Shown here: positions 9,842-19,826 of the stretch, in pieces
Layout: the number at the start of each line of letters is the position of its first letter
Position numbering within the stretch: position 1 is the first letter of the stretch
Assembly (NCBI GenBank): GCA_963727485.1
Contig: CAVSGM010000001.1
Coordinates: 544,001-608,000 of the forward strand
Reading direction: 5' to 3'
Source: an uncultured delta proteobacterium
GTDB lineage: Bacteria > Myxococcota > Myxococcia > SLRQ01
Length of the DNA: 64,000 nt
The notes under the pieces: model-generated
What the model was told of the DNA's origin: nothing
The model's input: only the letters and a program-made list of their open reading frames with translations
Database searches by the model: none
Program-made: the position numbers and the translations under genes

Positions 9842-11785
9842 GTGACCCGGGCCGCCGACGCACTCGACCGCTACCGCCGCCTCCTCGACACCGAGCGGGA
9901 GGCGGAGCTCGCCGAGCACCGGGCGCTCGTCGCCGACCGGGGCCTCGACGCCTTCGTCGACGCCGGCCGGGCCCTCACCGGCCTCTCGTCCCGGGACGAG
10001 GGCGGGGGCCTCGGGGGGCGCTTCCTGGTGACCTACGGGCCCAAGGCGCCGGCGACCCGTCTCGCCGAGAGCCGCCTGCGGGTGGGCGACGTGGTGCGGG
10101 TGGTCGCCGCCGGCAGGGATGGCGGCGACGGGCCCACGGGCCTGGTGTCCGGGCGCTCCCGGGAGACGATCACCGTGGCCTTCGAGCACCCCCCCGAGGG
10201 GGCCACCGGCCACGGCCTCGCCCTGGTGCAGGCCCCCGACGACGTGACCTGGCGCCGGCAGCAGGACCACCTCCGGGCCCTGGGCCGCGCCCGCCTCGGC
10301 CGCCTCGCCGAGCTGCGCGATCTCCTCCTCGACGACGACGCCCCGGCGCCGGCCTTCAATCCCGAGGCCGAGCTCGAGGCCCTCGACGCCGGCCTCAATC
10401 CCACCCAGCGCCGCGCGGTCACCCGGGCCCTCGCCGCCCAGGACGTGGCGCTGGTCCACGGGCCCCCGGGGACCGGCAAGACCACCACCCTGGTGGAGCT
10501 GGTGCGCCAGGCGCGGCGCCGGGGCGAGCGGGTGCTGGTCACCGCGGCGAGCAACACCGCGGTGGACAACCTGGTCGAGCGCCTCCTGGCAGCAGGCGAG
10601 CCGGTGCTGCGGGTGGGGCACCCAGCCAGGGTCGATCCGGCCCTCCACGACGCCACCCTCGACTTCCGGGTCCGGGCCGAGGAGGGCTTCCGCCTCTCGC
10701 GAAAGCTCCTCGACCAGGCCCGCGCCCTGATGACCGAGCGGGCGAAGGTGGGGCAGAAGGTCGCCCGGGGCCGCCTGCCGCTCGGCGAGGCCCGGGGCCT
10801 CAAGCGCCAGCTCTCCCAGGAGATCGGGGCGCTGATGGACGACGTGCGCCGGATGGAGCGCCAGGCGGTGGGCCGGGTGCTGGCCCGGGCCGACATCGTC
10901 TGCGCCACCCTCACCGGGGCCGCCGGGGGCGAGGTGAGCCGCGAGGTCTTCGACCTGGCGGTGGTCGACGAGGCGACCCAGGCGACGGTGCCGGCGACGC
11001 TCCTCGCCCTCGGGCGCCTCGGGGAGCTCGGGCGCCTCATCCTCGCCGGGGACCACTGCCAGCTCGGGCCCACGGTCAAGAGCCGGTCGGCGGCGGAGGG
11101 CGGCCTCGGTGAGAGCCTCTTCGAGGCCCTGGTGCGCCGCCACGGCGACGGGGTGCGCACCCGCCTCGACGTCCAGTACCGGATGCACCGGGACATCATG
11201 GGCTTCGCCTCGGAGCGGTTCTACCAGGGGGGCCTCGAGGCCCACGCCTCGGTGGCGGCGCACCTGCTCCCGGACCTCCCGGGGGTCGAGGGCGAGGACC
11301 TGGGGGCGCCGCTGGTGTTCATCGACACCGCCGGGCGGGGCTTCGAGGAGGTGCGCCCCGACGGCTCGGAGAGCTGCGCCAACCCCGGGGAGGCCGAGCT
11401 GGCGGCGACCCGGGTCCGGGCCTTGCTCGGCGCCGGTCTGCGCCCGGAGGACGTGGCGGTGATCACCCCCTACGCCGCCCAGGTCCGCGTCCTCCGGGGG
11501 CAGCTCGAGGACCTGGAGGGCCTGGAGATCGACACCGTCGACGGCTTCCAGGGGCGGGAGAAGGAGGCGGTGGTCGTCTCGCTGGTGCGCTCCAACGCCG
11601 AGGGCGAGGTGGGGTTCCTGGGGGAGATCCGCCGGATGAACGTGGCCTGGACCCGGGCCCGCCGGCGCCTGGAGGTGGTCGGCGACTCGGCGACCCTGGC
11701 GGGCCACCCCTTCTACCGGGCGATGGTGGACTACGTGGAGCAGCGGGGGCGGTACCTCTCCGCCTGGGAGCTGCTCCCCGGGTGA
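9842..11785 (+). CDS. Superfamily 1 helicase (IGHMBP2/Upf1-like)
   Basis: GPPGTGKTT, VVDEATQ, GDHCQL, QYRM, TVDGFQGREKE, RMNVAWTRAR; GTG start estimated. Confidence 0.92.
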   Translation: MTRAADALDRYRRLLDTEREAELAEHRALVADRGLDAFVDAGRALTGLSSRDEGGGLGGRFLVTYGPKAPATRLAESRLRVGDVVRVVAAGRDGGDGPTGLVSGRSRETITVAFEHPPEGATGHGLALVQAPDDVTWRRQQDHLRALGRARLGRLAELRDLLLDDDAPAPAFNPEAELEALDAGLNPTQRRAVTRALAAQDVALVHGPPGTGKTTTLVELVRQARRRGERVLVTAASNTAVDNLVERLLAAGEPVLRVGHPARVDPALHDATLDFRVRAEEGFRLSRKLLDQARALMTERAKVGQKVARGRLPLGEARGLKRQLSQEIGALMDDVRRMERQAVGRVLARADIVCATLTGAAGGEVSREVFDLAVVDEATQATVPATLLALGRLGELGRLILAGDHCQLGPTVKSRSAAEGGLGESLFEALVRRHGDGVRTRLDVQYRMHRDIMGFASERFYQGGLEAHASVAAHLLPDLPGVEGEDLGAPLVFIDTAGRGFEEVRPDGSESCANPGEAELAATRVRALLGAGLRPEDVAVITPYAAQVRVLRGQLEDLEGLEIDTVDGFQGREKEAVVVSLVRSNAEGEVGFLGEIRRMNVAWTRARRRLEVVGDSATLAGHPFYRAMVDYVEQRGRYLSAWELLPG

Positions 11786-11870
11786 GGTGCCCGCGGGCGG
11801 CGGGCGCGGAGCGGGAGGCGTGAATAGGCCTGGAGACAGTGCGTCAATCCCGGGCACAGGAGGCACACTC

Positions 11871-12935
11871 ATGCGACAGCTTGCCATTTTCGCTTCAATC
11901 CTTTCGCTCCTCGCCTTTGGCGCCAGGCCGGCCTACGCCGACGAACACGATCGCAAGGAGCGCGATCGCCGGGCGCGCCCCGCCGGGCGCGCCCACGACG
12001 GCAACCGGAACCAGGGGAACCGGGGTGACCGGGCCCGCGGCAACCGCGACGGCGGGAGCCGCGCCCGTCGCGGCCAGCCGGCCGCTCCCGCCCGGCGGGT
12101 CCAGCCCGCCCGCCCGGCCCGCCGGGTGCAGCCCGCCCGCCCGGCCGGCGATGGCTACCGCCGCGGCCGCCCGGTGAACCAGGGCAACGGGTGGAACCGG
12201 GACGCCACCCGTCGCCAGGCCGACCGCGCCCGGCAGGAGCGGAACCGGGCCCGTCGCCAGGCCGACCGCGCCCGGCAGAACGCCGCCCGGGCTCGGCAGA
12301 ACGCCGCCCGCGCCCGGGACGACGCCCGCCGCGCCCGGGACAACGCCCGCCGCGCCCGGGGCAGCGCCGCCCGGTGGCACCGCGCCGCCGAGAGCCGCGA
12401 GGATGCCCAGCGCCTCTACCGCACCTGGCGTCCCCCCGACCACCGGGTTCACCCGGTGCGCCGCCTGAACCGGTACCCCAGGGTGCGCTGGCACCAGAGC
12501 TGGGACCACGACGACTTCGGGCGCTACCGCGCCCGCCAGGGCTGGCGCTCGCCGACCTGGTGGCCCGGCATCGGCGTCGGCTTCGGCGGCTGGGTGAACC
12601 AGCGCTACGCCAATGGCCAGACCTGGTTCCAGGGCTACTACCGCGGCGGCCGCCCCGACGGCTGGGTCCGCGCCTGGTACCAGAACGGCCAGCTGCGCTA
12701 CCAGGGCTACTTCCGGGACGGCGTCCCCGACGGCTGGATGCAGATCTGGTTCCCCAACGGCCAGCTCAAGGCCCAGGGCCAGTACCAGAACGGCGCGCGC
12801 GTCGGCTGGTGGCAGGGCTGGTACCAGAACGGGATGCAGCGCTTCCAGGGCGCCTACACCAACGGGGCCCCGACGGGGTGGTGGACCCGCTGGAGCCCCC
12901 AGGGCCAGGTTCTCGGCCAGGCCTGGCGGGGTTGA
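11871..12935 (+). CDS. Secreted protein with Arg-rich disordered repeats and C-terminal MORN-variant (YwqK-like) repeats
   Basis: AGGAGG RBS, signal peptide ..AYA, repeated WYQNGQ..QG.Y..G...GW units. Confidence 0.75.
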   Translation: MRQLAIFASILSLLAFGARPAYADEHDRKERDRRARPAGRAHDGNRNQGNRGDRARGNRDGGSRARRGQPAAPARRVQPARPARRVQPARPAGDGYRRGRPVNQGNGWNRDATRRQADRARQERNRARRQADRARQNAARARQNAARARDDARRARDNARRARGSAARWHRAAESREDAQRLYRTWRPPDHRVHPVRRLNRYPRVRWHQSWDHDDFGRYRARQGWRSPTWWPGIGVGFGGWVNQRYANGQTWFQGYYRGGRPDGWVRAWYQNGQLRYQGYFRDGVPDGWMQIWFPNGQLKAQGQYQNGARVGWWQGWYQNGMQRFQGAYTNGAPTGWWTRWSPQGQVLGQAWRG

Positions 12936-12963
12936 CCCCCAGGCCCGGCGGCCCCCGAGGGGG

Positions 12964-13164
12964 CTAGCCCTGCTCGACCGCCGCGGTGATGGCCGCGGCG
13001 GTCGTCGTCTGGGCCGGCTGGTTCTCGGCGACGGCCTGGGCAGTCGCGGTGCCGCCGATGCGCACGCCGGCGAAGGTGGCGACGGTGGCCACCAGCAGGG
13101 TGGCGATAAGGGCGGCGGTGATGAGGGCGAAGAGGCGATTGAAGGTGGTGAGGAAGGTGGTCAT
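12964..13164 (-). CDS. Small membrane/secreted protein (66 aa)
   Basis: AGGAGGA RBS before ATG at 13164; hydrophobic N-terminal half, Ala/Thr-rich tail. Confidence 0.6.
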   Translation of the reverse strand: MTTFLTTFNRLFALITAALIATLLVATVATFAGVRIGGTATAQAVAENQPAQTTTAAAITAAVEQG

Positions 13165-13324
13165 GGCGTCCTCCTGGGGCGACTCGGCGGTTCCGGATTC
13201 GCTTGGGGATACGCAGGCGCAGGCGCCTGATTTCGACGGAACTCCCCGGAAGAGTTCGTGAAATGAGATTTGCGCGCGTGCGTACTTCCCGCCGGCCGGT
13301 CTGCGGCCGCGAGGAGCCGACGCC

Positions 13325-14618
13325 ATGCACCCCCCCCTCCGACAGCTCGCCCGATCTGGGTCCTTCTGGCCTGCCTGGCCGCCCCCGCGACGGCCCACGC
13401 CGGAGCACCCACCGGGCCCCGGCCCGCCCGGCCGCGGACGGCGCCCTCCCGGACCTCGACACGCGTCTCCTCATCCTCGCCCGCGCCTGGGCGGCAATCC
13501 CCCTCTACTTCGCCCACCGGGAAGACGTCCCCGACCTCGATCTCGAGGCCCTCTACCGGGAGACGGTGCCGGCGGTGCGCGAGGCGAAGACCCGGAAGGC
13601 CTTCGACCTGGCGATGATGGCCTTCATGGCCCGGCTCCACAACGGCCACTCCTGGTTCTGGGACGACTGGCTCTACCGGACCGAAGGCGCAAAGCTCCCC
13701 TTCTCCCTTCGGCCCCTCGGCGGGCGATGGGTGGTGGGCGCCAGCCACGTCCCCGGGCTCCCGGCCGGGAGCGTGGTCACCACCGTGGACGGCGTGCCCA
13801 TCGCGCGTTTCTACGGGCGGCAGAAGCGCTATCTCAACGCCTCGAGCGATCGGCAGGCGCGGTACAAGCTGGGCGGGCGGCCCTGGCTCTGGCCCCAGCG
13901 CTTCACCCTGGGGCTCGCCTCGGGGCGCCGGGTGACGGTGACCCGCGGCCACCGGGGCCCGACCCCACCCCCGAAGCCGTCCCACCGGTGGCTCGCGGGC
14001 CGGGTGGGCTACCTGCGCATCGCCTCCTTCGGCAACCCGGACTCGGAGGCCGAGGCCGTCGCCGCGGTGAAGCGCTTCGCCGCCGGCCACGCCCGGGCCC
14101 TGATCGTCGACGTGAGGGGCAACGGAGGTGGGAGCACCCCGGAGAAGCTGGTGGCCGCCCTCATGGATCGGCGCTACCGCTACTGGCGCGAGTCGACCCC
14201 CCAGCGCCTCGGCGTCCTCGGAGCCCGGGGGGCCGAGCCCTTCGCCCGGGCGCGCCTCGCCTGGCCGGCGACCTGGGTGGAGCCGGAGGCGCCGGCGTTC
14301 ACCGGGCCGGTGGTGATCCTGGTCGACGGCCGGTGCACCTCGGCCTGCGAGGACTTCGTGGAGCCCTTCGCCGACAACCACCGGGCCACGATGGTGGGCG
14401 AGCGCACCGCCGGGAGCAGCGGCCAGCCCTGGTACCGCTTCTTCCCGGGCGGGATGCGCATCATGATCGGCGCCAAGCGCGAGGCCTTCCCCGACGGCCG
14501 GCGCTTCGAGGGGGTGGGCATCGCCCCGGACGTCGAGGTGAAGCCGACCCTGGCGTCGCTCCGGGCGGGGGCCGATCCGGCCCTGGTGCGCGCCGAGGCG
14601 ATCGCCCGGGGACGGTGA
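13325..14618 (+). CDS. S41-family peptidase with PDZ-like region; 5' end frameshifted
   Basis: GYLRIASF, LIVDVRGNGGG, TSACEDF, VGERTAG, EGVGIAPDV; ATG, signal peptide and mature part lie in three different frames (13325-13440). Confidence 0.85.
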
Positions 14619-14624
14619 GCGGCC

Positions 14625-15392
14625 CTACCGCCAGCGGGTGAGGAGCCGCTCCCGGTCGAAGAGCCGGGCGGCGACGGCGACCAGGACCACGTCGGCGACG
14701 GCGAGGCCCGCCGCCAGGGCCAGGTAGAAGCCCAGGCCCAGGTGGACCTTCCCGGCGATCTGGGCGACCACCAGCCCGAGCAGGGGGACCACGGTCATCG
14801 CCGCCAGGTTCTGGGCCGCACGGGGATCGGTGACCCTCGCCGAGACCGCCACGGCGACGGCGTTGCCGAAGAGGGCGAGGAGCGGGGCGAGGACGGCGAC
14901 GGCAAACGCCCAGGCGGCGTCGGGGAGCAGGGCGTGGCCGGCGAGGGCGTCGAGGGCGCCGACGAAGACCCCGGCGGAGAGCCAGGTGATGGCCAGCGCC
15001 GGGATCACCGCCCCCACGCTCTTGCCCACGACGATGGCGGTGGTGGACACCGGGGTGGCCAGAAGCGGCTCCAGGGTCCGGCGCTCGCGCTCGCCGCCGA
15101 TGGACTGGGCCGCGAGGAGGATGGGGAGGAACACCGGCATCACCAGGAACACGGGCAGCCAGTTGGTGGCCGCGGCCCGGACCAGGACCTCGATGGGGGC
15201 TCCGGCGCCGAGGCCGTAGATCTGCTGGATGAAGGCCACCGACGCCGCCGGCGCCGCGTGGGCGAGGTAGGCCACCAGCGCCACCGGCACCACCACCGTG
15301 GTGGTGGGCAGGGAGATCATGGACGCCAGGAGCACCGGCGAGCGGCGGATCTCGTGGAGCTCCTTGCGGAGGATGAGGCCGGCGGCGCTCAC
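14625..15392 (-). CDS. ABC-2 type transporter permease
   Basis: LILRKELHEI, GGERERRTLEPLLATP, multiple TM helices; GTGA overlap with ATPase. Confidence 0.88.
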   Translation of the reverse strand: MSAAGLILRKELHEIRRSPVLLASMISLPTTTVVVPVALVAYLAHAAPAASVAFIQQIYGLGAGAPIEVLVRAAATNWLPVFLVMPVFLPILLAAQSIGGERERRTLEPLLATPVSTTAIVVGKSVGAVIPALAITWLSAGVFVGALDALAGHALLPDAAWAFAVAVLAPLLALFGNAVAVAVSARVTDPRAAQNLAAMTVVPLLGLVVAQIAGKVHLGLGFYLALAAGLAVADVVLVAVAARLFDRERLLTRWR

Positions 15393-16330
15393 GGGACCAG
15401 CCCCGTCCGCCGGGCCTCGGCGAGGAGGGCCAGGTAGGCCTCCTCCAGGGCGTGGCGCGCCGGGACCACCGCCTGCACCCGGCCCCCGGCGCCCACCGCG
15501 GCGGCGACCACGTCGGCGACGGCGCCTCCCTCCGCGAGCTCGAGGTGCAGGGCCCCGCCCTCGAGGCGGCTGGCGGCCACCGCCGGGTGCCCGCCGACGA
15601 CGCCGGCCACTCCGTCCACCGGGGGCTCGAGCTGAAGGACCACCCGGCGGTCGGCGGCGGCGGCCCCGGCGACGTCGTGGACGCCGACGAGGCGCCCGGC
15701 GAGGAACGCCGCCCGGCCGCAGAGGCGCTCGACCTCGTCGAGGTGGTGGGTGCAGAGGATCACCGTGCGCCCCTCGGCCGCGAGCTCGCCGATGATCGCC
15801 CGCACCTCCCGGGTGGCCTCCGGGTCGAGGCCCACGGTGGGCTCGTCGAGGAGGACGATGTCGGGGCGGTGCATCAGGGCCCGGGCGATGGCGAGCTTCT
15901 GCTTCATCCCCCGGGAGAGGCTGCCGAAGGGGGCGTCGGCCTTGTTCGCGAGGTCGAAGCGGCCGAGGAGCTCTTTCGCCCGGCGGTCGGCCTCGTGGCG
16001 GCCGAGGCCGTAGAGGCGCGCGAAGTGGACGAGGTTGTAGCGGGCGGCCAGGGGGTCGTAGAAGCCCGGCTGCTCGGTGAGCAGGCCCACCTTTCGGCGC
16101 AGGGTCGCGCCCCCGGCGCGCCCCGGTCCCACCTCGACCCCGGCGACGGTGGCCCGCCCGGCGTCCGGGGCGTAGAGGCCCGCGAGGATGCGCAGGGTGG
16201 TGGTCTTGCCGGCGCCGTTGGGCCCGAGGAGGCCGAAGACCTCGCCGGCCTCCACCGAGAAGGCGAGGTCGTCGATGGCGCGGTGTCCGTCGAAGGCCTT
16301 CGAGAGGCCGGCTACCTCGATGGCGGTCAC
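15389..16330 (-). CDS. ABC transporter ATP-binding protein
   Basis: GPNGAGKTT, LSRGMKQK, LLDEPTVGLD, CTH. Confidence 0.93.
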   Translation of the reverse strand: MTAIEVAGLSKAFDGHRAIDDLAFSVEAGEVFGLLGPNGAGKTTTLRILAGLYAPDAGRATVAGVEVGPGRAGGATLRRKVGLLTEQPGFYDPLAARYNLVHFARLYGLGRHEADRRAKELLGRFDLANKADAPFGSLSRGMKQKLAIARALMHRPDIVLLDEPTVGLDPEATREVRAIIGELAAEGRTVILCTHHLDEVERLCGRAAFLAGRLVGVHDVAGAAAADRRVVLQLEPPVDGVAGVVGGHPAVAASRLEGGALHLELAEGGAVADVVAAAVGAGGRVQAVVPARHALEEAYLALLAEARRTGLVP

Positions 16331-16404
16331 GGGTGGGGGCCGGGGGTCCGAACAGGGTGGCACCGGTGGCGCCACAGTGCCACCCTGGAGCCCGGAGCCC
16401 CGCC

Positions 16405-16749
16405 ATGTCCAAGACCCTCAAGCCCCCCGCCCTCGATCCCTCGACGCTCGCTCCGCGCATCGGCTCGGGCTACCCGGCGCCGTTTGCCGCGGCGGCCGGG
16501 AAGCGGGAGAAGCGCGCCCTCGGCGACGCCCTGGGCCTGACCCACTTCGGCGTGAACCTCACCACCCTGCCGCCCGGGTGCTGGTCCTCCCAGCGCCACT
16601 GGCACACGGCGTCCGACGAGCTGGTCTACGTCCTCGAGGGGGAGCTGGTCCTGGAGACCGACGCTGCCACCTACCCCGACGTCGACCTGGCGGTGAAGCG
16701 GGTCGAGGGCAAGTGGGTCTACACCCACAAGGACGGGACGCCCTACTGA
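16405..16749 (+). CDS. Cupin-domain protein, apparently internally deleted
   Basis: GSGYPAPF, FGVNLTTLPPG..SSQRHWH..DELVYVLEGE then directly YPDVDL..HKDGTPY; second cupin motif absent. Confidence 0.7.
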   Translation: MSKTLKPPALDPSTLAPRIGSGYPAPFAAAAGKREKRALGDALGLTHFGVNLTTLPPGCWSSQRHWHTASDELVYVLEGELVLETDAATYPDVDLAVKRVEGKWVYTHKDGTPY

Positions 16750-17969
16750 TGCGGCGGCGCCCGGTCCTCGAGGCGCTCCTCGCGTCCCTCGTCGTCGCCC
16801 TCGGCGCCGGCTGCGGGCACGGCACCGCGGCGGGCGGCGCCGACGGGGGCGGCGTGTCCCGGGATGCGGGCGGCGGGGGCACCGGTTCCGACGGCGGCAC
16901 CGGCGACGGAGGTGCGACGGACGGCGGCCCCACCGACGGCGGCGCGGCCGACGCCGGACCCTGGGTCCACTTCGTCTCCCCGGCCCCGGGCGCCACCGTC
17001 CCCAACCCGGTGACCTTCACCGTCGCCGCCGGCCAGGTCGACCAGGTGCAGATCCTCGCCGACGGCACCTGGGCGCTCGCGCCCGCCTGGGATCCCACGA
17101 CCACGGGCACGCTGCGCTACCGCTTCGCGAACACCGGCACCCGGCACGTCCAGGTCAACGGCCTGGTCGCCGGCCAGGTGGTCGTCACCGAGCCCCTGAC
17201 CCTCACCATCCCCCCCGACCCCTGCGCCGACCGGTTCTTCCTCGACCGCTTCGACGCCCAGAACCAGGACCCCTCGGGCACCGTGGATTTGGCCTCGCTC
17301 CGGGAAGACGCCCTGGCCGCGGTGAAGCAGGCCATCGCCGACCTGCGCGCCTGCGGGGCCACGGTCACCGACGGGGGGATGATGTCGCTGCTCTACTACG
17401 AGGGCGCCCTGCGCCTGGGCGCCTACAACACCCGGTGCAGCGAGAACAGCTACGACCCCATGCCGTCCGGGTGCGACGCCTACCCCGAGGCCCTCTACAG
17501 CTACCAGTACGGCCTCGGCGCCATCCACACCTCGAACTTCCACCCCTGCAAGGGCGGGAGCTGGACGGCGGGGATGCGCGCGCTCTTCCTCAAGCTCGCC
17601 GCCGACCACGGCTACGACACCCGCGCCTCGCTCATGACCCCGGCGCTGACCGACCGCTTCCACCAGGTGTGCCCGAACGCCACCCCCACGGCGGTCGACT
17701 ACTACCTCCTCGCCGCCCACGACGTCTTCGGGATCCCCAGGAACGGCGCCGGGAACGACCTGGCGGCGGTGGGCAGCTTCCCCTTCGTGGACCCGGCGAT
17801 CTCGGTGGCGCTCACCTTCCACGCCCTCACCGCCAGCTGCGCCTCGATCCACTCGGACCGCGACGCCATCACCGCCTTCGGGGGCGGGGACGCCAGCTAC
17901 GCCGACCCGGCGAAGCAGGACCAGATCCTGTCGTACTACCAGGACTACGCCGCGGCGCACTGCCCCTGA
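16749..17969 (+). CDS. Lipoprotein: DGG linker, Ig-like domain, Cys-containing C-terminal domain
   Basis: Lipobox GAGC, DGG repeats, FVSPAPGATVPNPVTFTV (Big-like). Confidence 0.75.
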   Translation: MRRRPVLEALLASLVVALGAGCGHGTAAGGADGGGVSRDAGGGGTGSDGGTGDGGATDGGPTDGGAADAGPWVHFVSPAPGATVPNPVTFTVAAGQVDQVQILADGTWALAPAWDPTTTGTLRYRFANTGTRHVQVNGLVAGQVVVTEPLTLTIPPDPCADRFFLDRFDAQNQDPSGTVDLASLREDALAAVKQAIADLRACGATVTDGGMMSLLYYEGALRLGAYNTRCSENSYDPMPSGCDAYPEALYSYQYGLGAIHTSNFHPCKGGSWTAGMRALFLKLAADHGYDTRASLMTPALTDRFHQVCPNATPTAVDYYLLAAHDVFGIPRNGAGNDLAAVGSFPFVDPAISVALTFHALTASCASIHSDRDAITAFGGGDASYADPAKQDQILSYYQDYAAAHCP

Positions 17970-17979
17970 CGCCGCCCCC

Positions 17980-19761
17980 CTACTGGCAGGCGGGGTCGCA
18001 GAACGAGTAGGCCCCGTTGAGGTAGGCGTCGCAGAAGCCCGAGGTGCACGGGTGGGTGGCGTCGCAGGTGGGCTCCAGCAAGGGGATCGTCGACGACACG
18101 CAGGCCTTCCCCCCGGTGACCGCCTGGCAGGTGGAGCCGTTGGGGCACTGCGAGCACGTCCCGCCGTTGCAGTAGGGCTGCGCGGTGCTGGTGCACTGGC
18201 TGTCCTTGGTGCAGGTGACGCAGACCTGGTTGGTGGTGTCGCAGTAGGGCGTCGAGGTGCCGGCGCAGTTGGCGTCCTGGGTGCACGCCACGCAGGTGTG
18301 GGTGGCGGTGTCGCAGGCCGGGGTGGCGCCGCCGCACTGGGAGTCGCTCACGCAGTCGACGCAGGTGTGCTTGGAGGTGTCGCAGACCTGGCCGCCGGTG
18401 CAGTCGCCCGAGGAGACGCAGGCGACGCAGGTGCCGTCGGTGGTGTAGCAGTGCTTGCCGCTCGGGCACTGGCTGTCCTGGCGGCAGGCGACGCAGTGGG
18501 GCGGCGAGAGGTTGGTGCCGCAGTAGGGCACCCCCCAGGCCGAGGGGCACTCGCTGTCGTTGGTGCAGCCGATGGTCTTGCCGGCGTCGGCGCAGGTGTC
18601 GCCGGAGGCGTCGATGGTCTCGCCGGGGACGCAGCAGAAGCTGCCCCCGAGCCCGAAGGTCGAGGACGAGGTCCCGCAGAACTCCCCGCTGCCGCAGCAC
18701 ACCGCGGTGGGGCTCGACTTGCAGGGGGTGGTGTCGGCACAGACCGCCCCCCCGGTGAGGCTGGTGAGCACGCACTGGAAGGAGCTCGACTGGCAGGGGT
18801 TCTGCTGGGTGCAGCTCGCCAGGCGACCGGTGGCGTCGTAGCCCGAGCAGGTGACGCCCCGGTCCTGGCAGGTGGAGGAGAGGCACACCTGGGTGCCGGT
18901 GCAGCCGTGGCCGCAGGTCCCGCAGTTGGCGCCGTCGCTGGTGAGGTCGACGCAGGTGCCATTGCACTCGGTGAGCCCGGCGGGGCAGACGCAGGCGTGG
19001 GTGCCGGTATCGCAGGTCTTGCCCCCGGTGCACTGGGCGTCCTGGTCGCAGCCGGGCAGGCAGGCCTTGGTGGTGGTGTCGCAGTAGTTGAGGCCGGTGC
19101 ACCCCTGGGTGGTGCAGTCGGGCGGCGTCTGGCAGCTGCCCGAGACGCAGGCCTGGTCGATGGCGCAGGCGTGGCCGCAGGTGCCGCAGTTCAGGGCGTC
19201 GGAGAGGGTGTCGGTGCAGGCCCCGCTGCAGATCTGCTGGGCGCCCGGGCAGAGGCAGGCGGACTGGTTGCAGCTGGCGCCGTTGGGGCAGGGGCGGTCG
19301 CAGCTCCCGCAGTGGGCCGGGTCGGAGGAGAGGTCGGCACACACACCGTTGCAGTCGGTGAGCCCGGCGCCGCAGGTGACGGTCCCGCCGTCGGGGGTCC
19401 CCCCGTCGCCCACGGTGCCACCGTCGCTGACGGTCCCGCCGTCGGAGGTGCCGCCGTCGGTCACCGTCCCGCCGTCGGTCCCGCCGGTGCCCCCGTCGGT
19501 CACCGTCCCGCCGTCGGTCCCGCCGGTGCCCCCGTCACCGCCGGTGACGATTCCGCCGTCCGGGAGCACCCCGCACTGGCAGGCGCCGTAGGTTCCGTCG
19601 TCGCGGCAGACCTCGACCCCGGCGGTCTGGTCGCTGCAGACGCACTGGACCTTGTCGCCGGGGGCGCAGTCGGAGCCGGCGGAACCGAAGAAGCACCCAC
19701 CGGTGGCCACGAGCCCCCCGGCGAGCACCCAGACCATGACCGAAGGACGGTGGACGCTCAT
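17980..19761 (-). CDS. Cys-rich repeat lipoprotein (myxobacterial disulfide-rich surface protein)
   Basis: Lipobox TGGC, TDGGT linker, repeats C..C.DL.SD..NCG.CG..C and CVAC..D.QC....P.CD. Confidence 0.8.
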   Translation of the reverse strand: MSVHRPSVMVWVLAGGLVATGGCFFGSAGSDCAPGDKVQCVCSDQTAGVEVCRDDGTYGACQCGVLPDGGIVTGGDGGTGGTDGGTVTDGGTGGTDGGTVTDGGTSDGGTVSDGGTVGDGGTPDGGTVTCGAGLTDCNGVCADLSSDPAHCGSCDRPCPNGASCNQSACLCPGAQQICSGACTDTLSDALNCGTCGHACAIDQACVSGSCQTPPDCTTQGCTGLNYCDTTTKACLPGCDQDAQCTGGKTCDTGTHACVCPAGLTECNGTCVDLTSDGANCGTCGHGCTGTQVCLSSTCQDRGVTCSGYDATGRLASCTQQNPCQSSSFQCVLTSLTGGAVCADTTPCKSSPTAVCCGSGEFCGTSSSTFGLGGSFCCVPGETIDASGDTCADAGKTIGCTNDSECPSAWGVPYCGTNLSPPHCVACRQDSQCPSGKHCYTTDGTCVACVSSGDCTGGQVCDTSKHTCVDCVSDSQCGGATPACDTATHTCVACTQDANCAGTSTPYCDTTNQVCVTCTKDSQCTSTAQPYCNGGTCSQCPNGSTCQAVTGGKACVSSTIPLLEPTCDATHPCTSGFCDAYLNGAYSFCDPACQ

Positions 19762-19826
19762 CCCCCGCCTTTTAGCCGGTCCGCACCGGCTTGGGAACCC
19801 GGGGGGCCCGCCACACCGCCGGCCGC

